From: Podarcis liolepis
Lineage: Eukaryota
Direction: 5' to 3' (one strand)
Assembly (NCBI GenBank): GCA_965112155.1
Contig: OZ218098.1
DNA length: 64,000 bases
Shown: piece by piece, positions 52,101 to 64,000 of the stretch
Layout of the letters: each line of letters opens with the position of its first letter
Numbering within the stretch: position 1 is the stretch's first letter
Notes under the pieces: generated by a model
Databases searched by the model: none
Told to the model about the DNA's origin: nothing
The model's input: the letters and a program-made list of their open reading frames with translations, nothing else
Translations under genes and position numbers: made by a program

Positions 52101-53629
52101 TGCAACTTAAACTCCACTATAAGAAGACTGAAATGTCAACAGTGAATCAACTTTGTTCAGTGATTAAACAGTCTTTAATTATTTTTGTGTGTCAAATAGA
52201 GGTCCAGAACTCAGGTTATATAGCATGCCCAGTGTCTGCTTCACATGCTTCTTGTAAACTATCCGTGTTTCCACAGGACAGACTAAGAAAGCTGTTGTAA
52301 ATACTGGAAACCAAGGCAATTCATGTGAAGTGTGTGGCATTAATTTCCAAAATATTTTCGACCATTTCATTCTTGTAAGTTGCCTTGAGGTCTTTTTTTA
52401 GATAGGTGGGCTATCCTTTCTTTTTTCCTTTTTGAATAAATAAGTAATATAAAATAAGACTTGATTGGCATGAGCAGTGAAAATCTGCACTCATGAAAGT
52501 AACTTCTGTGCCGAATGTCTTTTAATGAGCGATGTTACGAAAATGCTAATTACGCATATGTTGCCCTATTTTTCTAATTGCACCTGTTTTCAACATTGGT
52601 TTGCTCTTCAAAAGTTAGCCAGAGGGAGTGCAGAGATTAGTACAGAAAAAGGGGTGGTGGTGGCTGGGAGTGGAATCCCACCCGATTTGCGTGGATAAGG
52701 GCCATCTCTTGAAAAAGACTTTCAAAGATGCTTTTGGGCCCCAAAGCAGACAAGGTATCTCCACCCACCCACAGTGGGCAACACCTTAACAGGGCAGTCT
52801 GTGGAGATGTTGTCCCCTGTTCCAAACTGATGTTCTGGCTGTAGGAAATTGCCTGGGCAGCAGAGAGAACCAGGCTATGCCTGAAATAGTAAGAAACCTG
52901 GTCAGTGTCTGCCTGGGCTCCAAGGTATAGCTGTTGCCTGGCACCTGTGCGGTTGCTGTGGAAACACAAGGCGCTAACTTGTTAATAGGACTCGTATCCT
53001 TGCTTGCCACTATGGCAAAAATATGAATAATGATTTGGTAATAGTCATGTGATGTAGGGATTCCTTGTGTGGCACGGGGTGGGTGCTAGAGTGAGGCTTG
53101 CTAAGCACTTAAGCACTTGAAAGAAGAAGGGGTGGGTGGAAGGGAGGGAGGTAGGGAGAGATTTTAGCTACAGTGCCAGAATTTACATCTTAATAAGACT
53201 GTAGGTAGCTGCCCAGCTTAAGCCATCCTGCCAGCATTGCAGGTTCTAAGCTGACAGTTATTTGCCTTAGTAATCCTTCCGGCAGATAATAAACTGCCAT
53301 GCCTGAAGACTGAACCAAGAATTACTTTCTGTCAACCCCTTGCCCTGCACATATTTTATTCTGAAGGCTTGCACACACTGTTACCCTTTACCCTTTAATT
53401 GCTGTACCAGGAAGCAAGTGCTACATGTAGCTCCCTACATAATGGCAGCCCTGTCTCCAAGCGGTGGCTACAGAAGATTCACTAAACAGCAGCTGGAAGC
53501 CCCAGGGCTCTTACTTGCCAGACTAGAAGCAAATGGGGTATGGAGAAAATAGCTGGGGATTCACTCAGACCATCTCACTATGTGTTTGGTGGCTGTGTGA
53601 ACAGGCTTTACATGCAAATAGATGTAGAT

Positions 53630-53880
53630 CATGGGTAGGCAAACCAAGGCCCGGGGGCCGGATCCGGACCAATCGCCTTCTCAGTCCGGCCCGTGGATGG
53701 TCCAGGAATCAGCATGTTTTTACATGAGTAGAATGTGTCCTTTTATTTAAAATGCATCTCTGGGTTATTTGTGGGGCATAGGAATTTGTTCATTTTTTTC
53801 CTTCAAAATATTGTCCGGCCCCCCACAAGGTCTGAGGGACAGTGGACTGGCCCCCTGCTGAAAAAGTTTGCTGGCCCCTG
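53630..53880. mobile_element. hAT (Charlie-like) MITE
   Basis: Imperfect TIRs CATGGGTAGGCAAAC / GTTTGCTGGCCCCTG and a perfect 8-bp TSD ATGTAGAT (53622-29 and 53881-88). Confidence 0.9.
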
Positions 53881-53925
53881 ATGTAGATCCTGAATGGCAC
53901 ACGATAGATTGGAATGGGTCTAGAT

Positions 53926-54272
53926 CAGGGTTAGGGAACAGGATCTGGCCAGCTGGCAGGCTAGTCGCTCAGGTCCCTCAGCCCCTTGGTGCTGATTGCA
54001 AACTCTGCTTTGGAAGGCGTTGGCTGCATTTGGGCATGGCTTGCATCCGGTGCGCAATTTAAAAGGTGCTGAATGCAAGCCCTGCTTGTCAAGGAATTAT
54101 TCGAAGTACACTTTAAGGTTTCTGATTTGTTCTTTCTCAGCCATGGTTTTACTAGCACCGCATCTGATGTCTTGTACGGTGCTGGGTGTGGACAGGTGAG
54201 CATGGCTTAGGGAAAAATAAGGACACATAGCCTGGAAGTTTTGGCACATAGGCCGGAAGTTTGCCATGCCTG
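53926..54272. mobile_element. Older hAT-type MITE
   Basis: CAGGGTTAGGGAAC...GTTTGCCATGCCTG with a degenerate 8-bp TSD (GTCTAGAT / CTTTAGAT). Confidence 0.6.
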
Positions 54273-54284
54273 CTTTAGATTAGG

Positions 54285-54511
54285 CAGGCATGTCCAAAGT
54301 CCTAATGGGGCCCGTCGGTCGATTCAATCCGGCAGTATATGTCCTGTGATAAAATCCTTTAAAAAGCCCAGTAACTTCAATCCTTAAAAAAACCCTCAAC
54401 AATTTTTGGGTAAATTTCAATCTTAAAAAAAGCTCAGTGACTTTGGTCAGCCCTCACACATGTTCACTTAATCAAATCTGACCCTCTTTGAAAAAAGTTT
54501 GGGCAGCCCTG
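54285..54511. mobile_element. hAT-type MITE
   Basis: CAGGCATGTCCAAA / TTTGGGCAGCCCTG; same family as 29361-29527. Confidence 0.7.
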
Positions 54512-55043
54512 CTCTAAGGATTCCTGAAGTTTCATTCAAGGAGCTTAGTGCTCTCTTGGCATGCCTCTACTGTATCTTCTCCTCCCTTCACTACAGGAAC
54601 TGCATGTTGTCCTCAGGCAGCCTGTAGTTACCCTAATACCAATGTTAAGCTGCCCGTCTTGTCCCAAAGCTGCAGCTTGGCACTGCACCTCCTCCCTGAA
54701 TATTTTCATTCAGGTTAACCCTGTGCCCATCTCCTCACTAAAGTCATTCAAGAGAGATGTGGGATTAAAGGATTATGATAATGGTCTTCGGGAGCACTCA
54801 AGAAGATTACAGTGGCTTTGATAAACTGATAAAAGAGGGGCATCATATTAACCTCCCCCCACTTTTAAGAATTAGTAGCCTGTTGGTCATTGTACTGAGG
54901 TAATAAGGTATACCTAATTCCTTAATTTTACCTCATCTTCATAAAATGCCTAGATTTGCAGCTTGCTCACATGAATCCCCTCTGAAGTTTGTAAGATTGT
55001 TGCTGGGTTAATGAGGAAGGTCTATTTGTGTTAACTAGTATCT

Positions 55044-55240
55044 TAAGAACATAAAAACCCTACTGGGTCAAGCCAAAGGTCCATCTTGTCCACTATCCTG
55101 TTCTCACAGTGGCCAAACCGATGCCCATGGGAAAGCAGCAAGCAGGACCTGAGTAAAACAGCACATTCCCCACTTGTGATTCCCACCAACTGGTGTTCAG
55201 AGACACATTGCCTCTGGCAGTGGAGGCAGGACATAGCCAA
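55044..55240 (-). mobile_element. CR1-like LINE 3' end (antisense)
   Basis: aagaacataa...ggtccatcttgtccactatcctgttctcacagtggcca... resembles the reverse strand of a squamate CR1 3' UTR. Confidence 0.65.
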
Positions 55241-57989
55241 GAAGATGGTTTTATTGTTGGTAGCTTATGCATTTGGTTTAACAGTTTTTGTGATGTAAGG
55301 CCTTTGGTCCTTAACTTGAAGAGTTTTAGGTATTTGTGGCCTCCAGTGGGATAGGATGTTTTAGACCTGCCCCTTATATGAATGGATATGATTTTAGTTT
55401 TCTCTTCTCTTTGGGGGTTTTAAGTATTTAGTTTTAATGTTTATACTATTTTGTAAGTCACTTTTAGCCACTTTTTGTGAGAATAAATACAATAAAAAAG
55501 AGTATTGTGGTTGTATCATTTAATATAAATAGTGCCTCCATGTGAGCCCATTAGCAGACTCTGCACACACTTGAACCAATGCCATGAGTGGCTCCTCCTA
55601 TCTGAACTGGACCTCAGAAGACATCCTTTTTCCAAGGCCAGGTAGTGCTTCCTGGTAATATTCTTTTTAAAAAGCTGTGTGAGAGAGATAATGAATAACA
55701 CAGAGCTTGAAAAATTGTAAATTTTGCTAGCTTATTAAGTTGGGGGTGGGATCAGACTAAATTATATTTTTAAATTCAGCTGTGCCAGAGTCAAGTCAAA
55801 TATTTTCCCCCTCCCTGCTGGTTCCCAAGAAGATATTGTTTTCCTTTGCTTTGGCAGCCTGATAAAGAAATAGGCTAAACATTTTCAGATTCTTCCCTGG
55901 AAATTTTGTTATTTTAAAATTAATAATTAAGAGGGGTTTTTAATAACTTGGTTGAAGTCATGTTGCTGCCACTCTTCCCAGCAGCTGACCCCTACAAGTC
56001 ACATTCAGCCAACCAGTCGTATCCTGTGGCCTGCTTGTAGTTGACAAATCTCTCTCCTTTTCCTTTCCTTTCCTTTCCTTTCTTTTCCAAGAAGTGTATT
56101 GAACCTGTGGCAGGCCTTAACACATGGCTAGTGGGCTGCATCCTGCTTAATGTGGGCCTGCTTTTGACTCACTTCTTCACTAGGATGGTTTTTGCTGGCA
56201 ATTGCTCCTGGGATGAGGAGTTCCTCTGGGGGTGCAACCCAACACCTCTCAAGTTAACACTTTCCCCCTTATTTGGGGATGTGTGCATTTCCTGTGTCTT
56301 GTAACTCATGATTTCCACTTCCATTTTGCTTTTGTGCTTTTTTGACGTGTCCTTTTTCTTTCTTTCTTGGGGCTGGCTTTGTATAGTCTTTTGCAGGTAA
56401 ATGACCACATTCCCCTGGGAGAAAATAGTGAGGTTGGGGGAGGGCACATACAGGAGGCTCAAACAGAAAGTAGATGGGGGCAAGAACCAAAAATGGGCAG
56501 GAGCTCCCATCTCTCTGTCACCTCTCTCCATCCTTGTCTTTCCCCTTCATTCATCCGCACCTCCCCTTTCACTCAATCTGTCCATCCCTTCACATCCCCC
56601 CCCATTTACATTCCTCCACACACCCTCCCTCTTTACATGCATCCTTCCTCTAACTAGGGAGAGAGAATTATCCAGAAATCACAGCACGTCTGACAAGAAA
56701 CGCCTGCCTGCCTGCCCTTCTCTCCCTTTCTCTCCTTGCTGTGATCCAGTGGGGCAGGAGAGAGGAAGGGCAGGGGATTGCTGGAGGCAAGCAGGCACCA
56801 CTTCTAGCGTGACAGCTCTGAGATCCGCCCCCCCCCCCCCTTCTGCCCCTACGCTGGCCATCCTAAGAGAAACCTTTTCCATGTTCCATGCTTGCCTGCT
56901 TGCATCTCTCTCTCCTTTTCTCCTTGCAGCTGCAGCCTGATCACGGCTGGGGAAACAAGGGAGAAGAGAGTGTGGCAGGAATCGGGCATGGCCATGGGGC
57001 TGGAGGCTTGACTACAGAGTGCAGTGACTAGAGTGCCCTGTGGAAAGTTGCTTCAGACTGGCTGGGCTTTTCTGCCCTCGCCCAGGAGGGGCCTGCCTGC
57101 CTGCCTACCCGCAGTTGACTCCCTTTCTCTGTCTGTTCTTTAGTTCAATTTGTACTTGTGCTGCTAGAGGACAGGAAGGGCAGAGGAGAGAGAAACAGGG
57201 TGGGGGTAGCGCAGGGCCAACCGGAAGCGGCTGGCAGACCTTACGGAAAGGGCCTTTGGGGGCCAGAGCTATGTCACAGGCCACCACAAACCTTTTTCAT
57301 CAATTAAGGCAGGGTCAGAGCACAGACTGGCTCAGTTGCTATTCAACCCTCACATGGATTTATTTCTTCACTACAGTTAAGCATATGCAAGGCACCTGAA
57401 AACCGTGTTTCTTTGAGCAGCTGTGATAAAGTTTTGTTTTGTTTTTAAATCTATAGGTCCTCTTTTGAATTGTGTTTTGAAAGACCTGGGCATTTGTCCT
57501 TCTTCATAGCCTTGAGAGCGGAAGGACTCCAGTTGTTACCTTGTCCTCAATCTTTGGCCAGCCTTCTGTATTCGACCACTCCTCCATTTCATTCTGATCT
57601 CTCTCTTTCTCTCGTCCCTTTGTCTGTATTATCTCTGTCTCTTTAATGAGAGCCTCTTTGTCTATCTGCTTCAATTAATCTCCTGGTTGGAATTTGGAGA
57701 AATGGAGAGAAATGTGCGGCTAGCTTTCCCCCACCAGTGGAGAGAGATGGGTTAAAATCAGGAGAGGAATGTAGGGGGAGAAAGCCAATTAATTCGCATC
57801 CTTTCTGATTACCTTCAGTTCTGTAGCTCAGGTACAGCAGGGGACCCTCAGCAAGGCGGAAAGTGCATAATGAAGTGTGTCATAAGGGTAGCAGGAGCCT
57901 CTGTCTTCCCCCTCAGACCCTTCTTAATTAGGGCTGTTTCAGTTTTAAAAGCCTGCCCTGAAGTGCAAAAGAAAATCTAATTGTGGAAC

Positions 57990-57991
<2 letters not shown>

Positions 57992-58039
<48 letters not shown>
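57992..58039. repeat. (GA)n microsatellite
   Basis: Directly visible. Confidence 0.95.
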
Positions 58040-58043
<4 letters not shown>

Positions 58044-59228
58044 ATATACATACATATTGAACTGAACCTGATGGTGCAGAGGGGTTGTATGCCAGCCAAC
58101 TGCCAAAGCAACTGCTGTAATTGGTATCTTTGGCCAAACCTACAGATAAATAAATAAATAATGAATACTGAGAATTGAGGCATGGGAAGAGATTTAAGCA
58201 GAAAGAGTTTGTTTTCTTGCCTTGGCTTCTAGTATAGTTTTCAACGTTTCTTCTACAAGGAAAAAATGAAGACAATACTATGAGCTACATGATTTAAGGA
58301 TTACTGGGCCGTCGTCCCCTCGAATCAATGTACGCAGACAGTTTTCAGTTCAGCATCTTCAGGCAGAGTAGACTGTGAGTAAATCAGAACAAAATCCTAT
58401 GCATGTCTGCACAGGAATTAGCTCTATTAAATTCAGTGGGACTTACTCTTAAGCCCTAAGTCTGAGGTAAATATGGAAGGAGGAAGGTTCAAATGGGATC
58501 TATGCTGATTGGATTACAAACTGGGCCTGCAGTTTTTGTATTTGTTTTTTAAAAAAACAAATCATAGGGAGCGTGTGAATTGATCAGAAATGTAAAGAAA
58601 GCAGAAAATGTGTTTTCTTCTCTTTTAATTTGTTGTTTAAATGATGAGCTGGAAATGGTTTACTTTTTGTGATGGTTTTCTAAATAATTGGCAAATTAAG
58701 CCATGCCAGGTAAGATTTTCAAGTGGTTAGTTGCAACTTGCTAGGTTTAAGTTATAAGGGTGAATACAGATATTGATTTCTTTACAGAGAAATCTCACTA
58801 TGAAGTGAGACATTTCTGTATATCGCCTCTGTTTTATTCTCCCCCACCCCAGTATAACCTTTATATGCAAAATAGGGGGACAAAATAGGGGTAGTATTTC
58901 TTCCAGTGTAAACATAAACAGTACATCCCCCACCCTGTGGTTTTCATGACCTATGTCAATGACTTTCAGAGTTTCTACTAGCAGGGACCCCTTCCCAACA
59001 GTGAGTTGTCTGCTGAGAAACCATAGCACATTGCTCTCTAGTCCAGAGCAAATGGTGGCCATGCCTGCTGGGTCTTGTACCTTCTGCATGTGAAATAATA
59101 GAGTGATCTAGAGCATATTGACTTGCAGCTATGTATTACAGGGTTTGATCCATAATGGTGAGCATGCTTTCATTGGTAGCTTCACCATTACAAACCTTCT
59201 TTTTGAATGGCTCATTATGGGTTTAGAG

Positions 59229-59361
59229 AAGGGGAGATAATCTGTGGTCCTCCAGATGGTGTTGAACTACAGCTCCCAACATCCCTGATAATTGACTCTG
59301 CTACCTGGGAGTCATGGGAATTGGAGTACAATAGCATCTGGAAGGCCACAGGTTCCCTTTG
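59229..59361. mobile_element. Palindromic hAT-type MITE
   Basis: ctgtggtcctccagatg...catctggaaggccacag; same family as 48970-49106. Confidence 0.7.
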
Positions 59362-59649
59362 GTGTAGAGGAATCCCAGGCTCCCTGGAACATACTTTGAG
59401 AACCCTTCTTCCACACAGAACAGAGTGGGATTGAAGATCAGTGAAGCATCCAGAAAAGTTGAGGTCTTTTTTCTTTTTCTTTAGTTGTGAGTGATGTACA
59501 GATGATACACTGATGCTCAGCATCAAGGTCAAAAGCCCCAGGCTGTATCATTTCCAGGCTGCCATCTACAATTTCAGGGTTTTCTTTCTCTCTTTCTCTG
59601 GATGGCTGATCCATTAAGCCATTCAATGCACTGTGGTGCCTGCTTTAAA

Positions 59650-59777
59650 AGGGATGGGGAACATATGGCTCTTCAGATGTTTTTTGACTCGCAGTTTCCA
59701 TCATCCCCAGTCAACATAGCCAATGGTCAGGAATGATGGAAGCTGTAGTTCAGCAACATCTGGAGGAGCCACCTCTG
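59650..59777. mobile_element. Palindromic hAT-type MITE
   Basis: gggatggggaac...cagatgtt...aacatctggagg; same family as 48970-49106. Confidence 0.65.
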
Positions 59778-59814
59778 TTATAGAACTCTATGTAGCTTTT
59801 GCCAAACCTAAGCT

Positions 59815-60176
59815 AGGTAAAGGTCAAGGTACCTCTGACCGTAAGGTCCAGTTGAGACGACTCTGGAGTTGCGCTCTAATCTTGCTCTATAGGCCGAGGG
59901 AGCCAGCATTTCTATGCAGACAGCTTCCGGGTCATGTGGCCAGAATGACTAAGCCACTTCTGACGAACCAGAGCAGCACACGGAAACACTGTTTACCTTC
60001 CCGCTGGAGCAGTACTTATTTATCTACTTGCACTTGACGTGCTTTCGAACTACTAGGTTGGCAGGAGCTGGGACAGAGCAACGGGAGCTCACCCCATTGC
60101 GGGGATTCAAACTGCCGACCTTGCGACCGGCAAGCCCTAGGCTCTGTGGTTTAGACCACAGTGCCACCCACATCCC
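59815..60176 (-). mobile_element. Sauria SINE, full length
   Basis: The reverse complement reads GGGATGTGGGTGGCACTGTGGTCTAAACCACAGAGCCTAGGGCTTGCC...GTTCGAAAGCACGTCAAGTGCAAGTAGATAAATA...GGCCACATGACCCGGAAGC... and ends in an (ACCTTT)-type tail. Confidence 0.92.
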
Positions 60177-60306
60177 ACCTAAATATGTCTAAGCTAGAGA
60201 AGAGCAAAATAGTACCAGTTTGGTATATGATACTTACAGCATCTGACTACATTTTCCACCTTTCTCTTTTCTCTGTCTGTCTGTCTGTCTCTGTACTTCT
60301 CAACAG

Positions 60307-60481
60307 GTTTGGCACAATGACTTGCTATACAGGGCCTTAGCAACGTGGCAAAATTTGGCTGTTTTCAAGCTGCCTCCCCCCTTCCCCCTGCCCCCTTCGC
60401 TTCTGGGAGATCTGAGCTGGCTTCCCCTGCCCTGGGCATTCCTTCCCTTCTCCCACTTGCTGCGGAAGGGACAAGTCTACC
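60307..60481 (+). other. DUSP8: 5' UTR part of the first DUSP8 coding exon
   Basis: A long polypyrimidine tract (60252-60300) ends in CAACAG (AG at 60305-06), so the ATG-containing exon is internal and a non-coding upstream exon is implied. Confidence 0.8.
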
Positions 60482-60712
60482 ATGGCTGGGGACAGACTTC
60501 CACGCAAAGTGATGGATCCCAAGAAGCTTGCCAGCCTCTTGAGGAATGGGTCCGAAAGCATGCTGGTCATTGACAGCCGCTCCTTTGTGGAGTACAACTC
60601 GTGGCATGTCCTCAGCTCCGTCAACATCTGCTGCTCCAAGCTGGTCAAGAGAAGGCTTCAGCAAGACAAAGTATCCATCACAGAGCTCATCCAGCCAGCC
60701 TCCAATATCAAG
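60482..60712 (+). CDS. DUSP8: DUSP8 (dual specificity MAPK phosphatase 8), first coding exon: N-terminal rhodanese-like/MAPK-binding domain
   Basis: MAGDRLPRKVMDPKKLASLLRNGSESMLVIDSRSFVEYNSWHVLSSVNICCSKLVKRRLQQDKVSITELIQPASNIK matches the DUSP8 N-terminus (IDSR motif, KRR docking motif). Strong Kozak ACCATGG, in-frame upstream stop at 60413-15, 231 nt (77 codons), then donor AAG|GTAC at 60713. Further exons lie beyond the window. Confidence 0.96.
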
Positions 60713-62764
60713 GTACTTAAGCTTGGTGCCTTTGGTCACCCTTCAGTCCTGCTGTGACTCAGTGCTCCTGTGTAGCCTCAAAGGGCAGTTGACATATGAA
60801 GCAATGCAATAAATGATCTGCTAATGCTGTTGTATTAAGTTGGGACTTAGGCTACATAGTGGTCCTATTAGAGACCTTTTTATTTACAAATATGCATCAG
60901 CCCAGGTTGCAGTTCAAAAGGAAGGCCAGTGCAGAACCAGCAAAGAGGAGCTTTTTAATCCTCTCCCCATTTGCTGTTTTTCTACTGAAAGTTGCCCCAG
61001 ACCAGATGCTTTTATCCTTATTGGAGAAATATGAGTATGAGTCAGAAAGGGTTAAGAAACTGCTCTCCTCCATTTCCAGTCTTCTGCTTCCATCATGGCT
61101 GCATAATTCCCAATTCCATTGTGGTAAAAAACAACCACACACACACAAAATTCATACTCAAAGAGAATACTGGGATTACACAAAATGTGTAGTTCTGCCT
61201 TTAAACCAAAACTATTTTGGACATAGTGGGAACCAAATAGAGTTAACACAAGCATAGTATTAACTAACATAGAAGGCTGCACAAACACTGAGAATGCTTT
61301 GCAGTTCTGATTGCTACATATATTCATTGGCAATGCAAAAGTGTTTTAAGATTGGTTCCACACAAGCTCTTTTCTCTGAAAGTACCTACTTTTTTTGCTT
61401 TGCTGTATAAAAATGAAACCAGAGCGGGGAATAAGAGAAAATATAATTAACCACTCATCATAACAGAAAATTACAATAAGGAACAATGAAGAGAGGCTGT
61501 TCAAGGGGTGATTAGAGGGCTGTTCATCATTAATCCCCAGGATACTCAATGGTCAGCAATAAAACAGGCTGAACCTGCAAACAGGAAGTTTTTAATTAAC
61601 ATTGAAAAGAGACCTTTGCTGAATAGGGCTTACTATTAAGTAAACATTGTGAAAGGCTCTTGGCCGTGAAATAGCACATTGCCTGATAATATAGTGCTAT
61701 TTAAGTGCTATGAGGAAACTCTTTTTAAATTTTGTTTCCAGAGGATCACTAAAAAAACACACCAAACTCACAGCATTAAAAATATTTGTGTGTGGAAGAA
61801 ACCTCAGAGTGTCTGTAATACAGGCAGTGTTTCCTCTATTCATTCATCGAACCTAGTTCTGTGTCTCTCTGAACTCAGTTGCCTGATGCATAATCTATCC
61901 TCAAGAGCCGTGGGTTAGCAGGGATAATCCTTTGAAGTAGGATTTATGTCAATGAAAATAATTGCATGCAGAGTAAATTGTGTGCAGAAGGGAGGAAGGA
62001 GCAGCGTTGTGCTCCTGACGAGCCATCATTCTTGATCCTTTTTCCTTACAAAGGGCAGTGAATGACACAGAGGTGGTATAACTCTGCATGCCCATTTGGC
62101 ACGGTGTGTCTTCTGCTTGCCAATGTTCTGAAGCAGGAGAGGTTAACTACTGGTGCCTCTTCTTTCTAGAACCTTGAGGGCAAGCAATTCAGCCTCATTA
62201 TCCAAATTGTTGATCAATTCCATCAACCTCCTTTTCCAGAGTCAACCTCTGCTCACATCTACTTTGCCTTTTTACTAACAAGTTTTGTTGTGCTATGCTC
62301 CTTGGGGCTGGCATGCAGCCTCCTTCACCTTGGGTGTGAAGGGCATAAGTGCCCAACACTAAGGTTTCCTTCGGATGTAATAGAGCACACCCAGAAGGGA
62401 ACTGCCTATGTTCCCCATAAGGAACACCTGATTCCACAATCAGGTGTGCAGATAGTACCCTGTGAAATGAGGCATACGTTTCCCACTGAATATCCCCATG
62501 TTCATCATAGCCAACCAGCTGTGTGGTCCAGTAGAAGAGCAGAATAGGCTGAAGCAGGCTGTGCAGCTGCACTATGAGATCTAAAAATAGGTGTAAGTGC
62601 AAGGCTTTGCCATGCTGCCCTATAGCAAAGGCAAGCTGGGATGCTTATTCATACAGCCGAGGAGGAGACAGGTGAAAGGGTAAAGAAAGGAAATTTTATA
62701 AAAATATGTGGTTTTGCTCCACCCAGGGAATTTAATCTCAATGGTGCTTACTCCCAAGGAAGTA

Positions 62765-62990
62765 CAGTGGTATCTCAGGTTAAGTACTTAATTCGTTTCG
62801 GAGGTCTGTTCTTAACCTGAAACTGTTCTTAACCTGAAGCACCACTTTAGCTAATGGGGCCTCCTGCTGCTGCCGCGCCGCCGGAGCACGATTTCTGTTC
62901 TCATCCTGAAGCAAAGTTCTTAACCCAGGGTACTATTTCTGGGTTAGCAGAGTCTGTAACCTGAAGCGTATGTAACCCGAGGTACCACTG
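62765..62990. mobile_element. Tc1/mariner MITE, family A copy 3
   Basis: Same TIRs and interior as copies 1 and 2, with TA TSD. Confidence 0.92.
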
Positions 62991-64000
62991 TATACACACT
63001 TATGTGACAGCAAATCCCTCTGCATTCAGTAGGCTTTTCTCACAGGTAAGTGTGTATTGTATTGCAGGCTTCTGGTTGCCATCATCTTTTATATCGGTCA
63101 TGCTTATTTGCCAATGGCATGTAGAAATTAAGCAGGTTAAGCTACACGTCAGGCCGAAGAGCACAGCTAACAGCAACAACAAAGAGAGTCTGGCAACCCT
63201 TGTCAGGTATGCCTCGCTCTTTTTGACATGCTGGGTTTTAAATCCTTGCTACCAGCCTTACGAAACAGAAAAGCAAGGAGGCAAGCTTTTAGCTCATGAC
63301 GTATAGACCTTGTTGTCTCCCACACAGCCTGCTGCCCTTCTTCCGAAGAGCCCAGGTACAGTCTATTCAGTTCAGCAGCCATCCTTTCACAATAGACCCT
63401 CCCCTCCGGCTCTCTATTTGTGGGTAGCCCTCAGCAGCTGGATTGCTTTTTAGTGTTTGTTCTTGCTTTCCCTTCCCCCATTTTATTATTTTGTAGCAAA
63501 GAATGGTAATTCAAGCGATTAATCAAATGCTAGGCCCAGCTGGAGCCATCTGTGGAGTCCTCATAATCTCCCTCCTCCCCTTGCATGTGTGCACACGGCT
63601 CATTGCAATTGGCTAGCAGTGACATCACCCCTGCTTGGATGTGGGGAGCGTGGAGTGTGTGTGTGTGTGTGTGGTGGGGGGGGGGATACTTCTTGCCTCC
63701 AGCCTGCTTTACTGACGCTTCAAGGGAACGTTACAGAGAAAGGTTCCTGAATGGCTTTTTAAAGCACTACGAAGAACACCGAATAATATACAGCATTATC
63801 TCTTTTTGTTCTTAACTGCTTAGGGAGCTGTAGGGGTGGGGGTGTGTGTGTCTGTCACTGCTGCCGTGCTTAAAAGCTAAACGCAATTCTGAGAGAGCTT
63901 CTTGACCTAGAATAACTTGCTAGCTATTCCCAAATACTGTACAGGGAAATTGACTTGCCATCTGGTAACTGTTGCAAGGAGAGCAAGAAATGAGTTAAGG

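Noticed and set aside
60713-60757. C-terminal 14 aa of the 91-aa DUSP8 ORF
   Set aside because: Intronic; DUSP8 similarity ends at the AAG|GT donor.

Overview
Vertebrate genomic DNA, not prokaryotic. The repeat content (Sauria SINE, tRNA-Lys/CR1 SINE, Squam3-like SINE) points to a squamate, probably a lacertid lizard. Two host genes are recognisable, both on the + strand. The first is the terminal coding exon of IFITM10 (22439-22588); the first ~22.4 kb of the window is probably its last intron. The second is the 5' end of DUSP8: a CpG-enriched promoter with two full CRE sites (~41.1-42.6 kb), a probable non-coding exon 1 ending at 41547, a ~19 kb first intron, and the first coding exon at 60307-60712. 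The rest is intronic or intergenic DNA dense with SINEs, LINE 3' fragments (CR1, L2, RTE, Penelope-like), Tc1/mariner and hAT MITEs and microsatellites. Almost all ORFs in the supplied track are spurious. I cannot support a new multi-gene system. The best leads are the absence of the mammalian KRTAP5 cluster between IFITM10 and DUSP8, a near-perfect ~110-bp palindrome and a microexon or recursive-splice-like site in DUSP8 intron 1, hammerhead-ribozyme relics of Penelope type in the IFITM10 intron, and an orphan 55-nt exon candidate between the genes.
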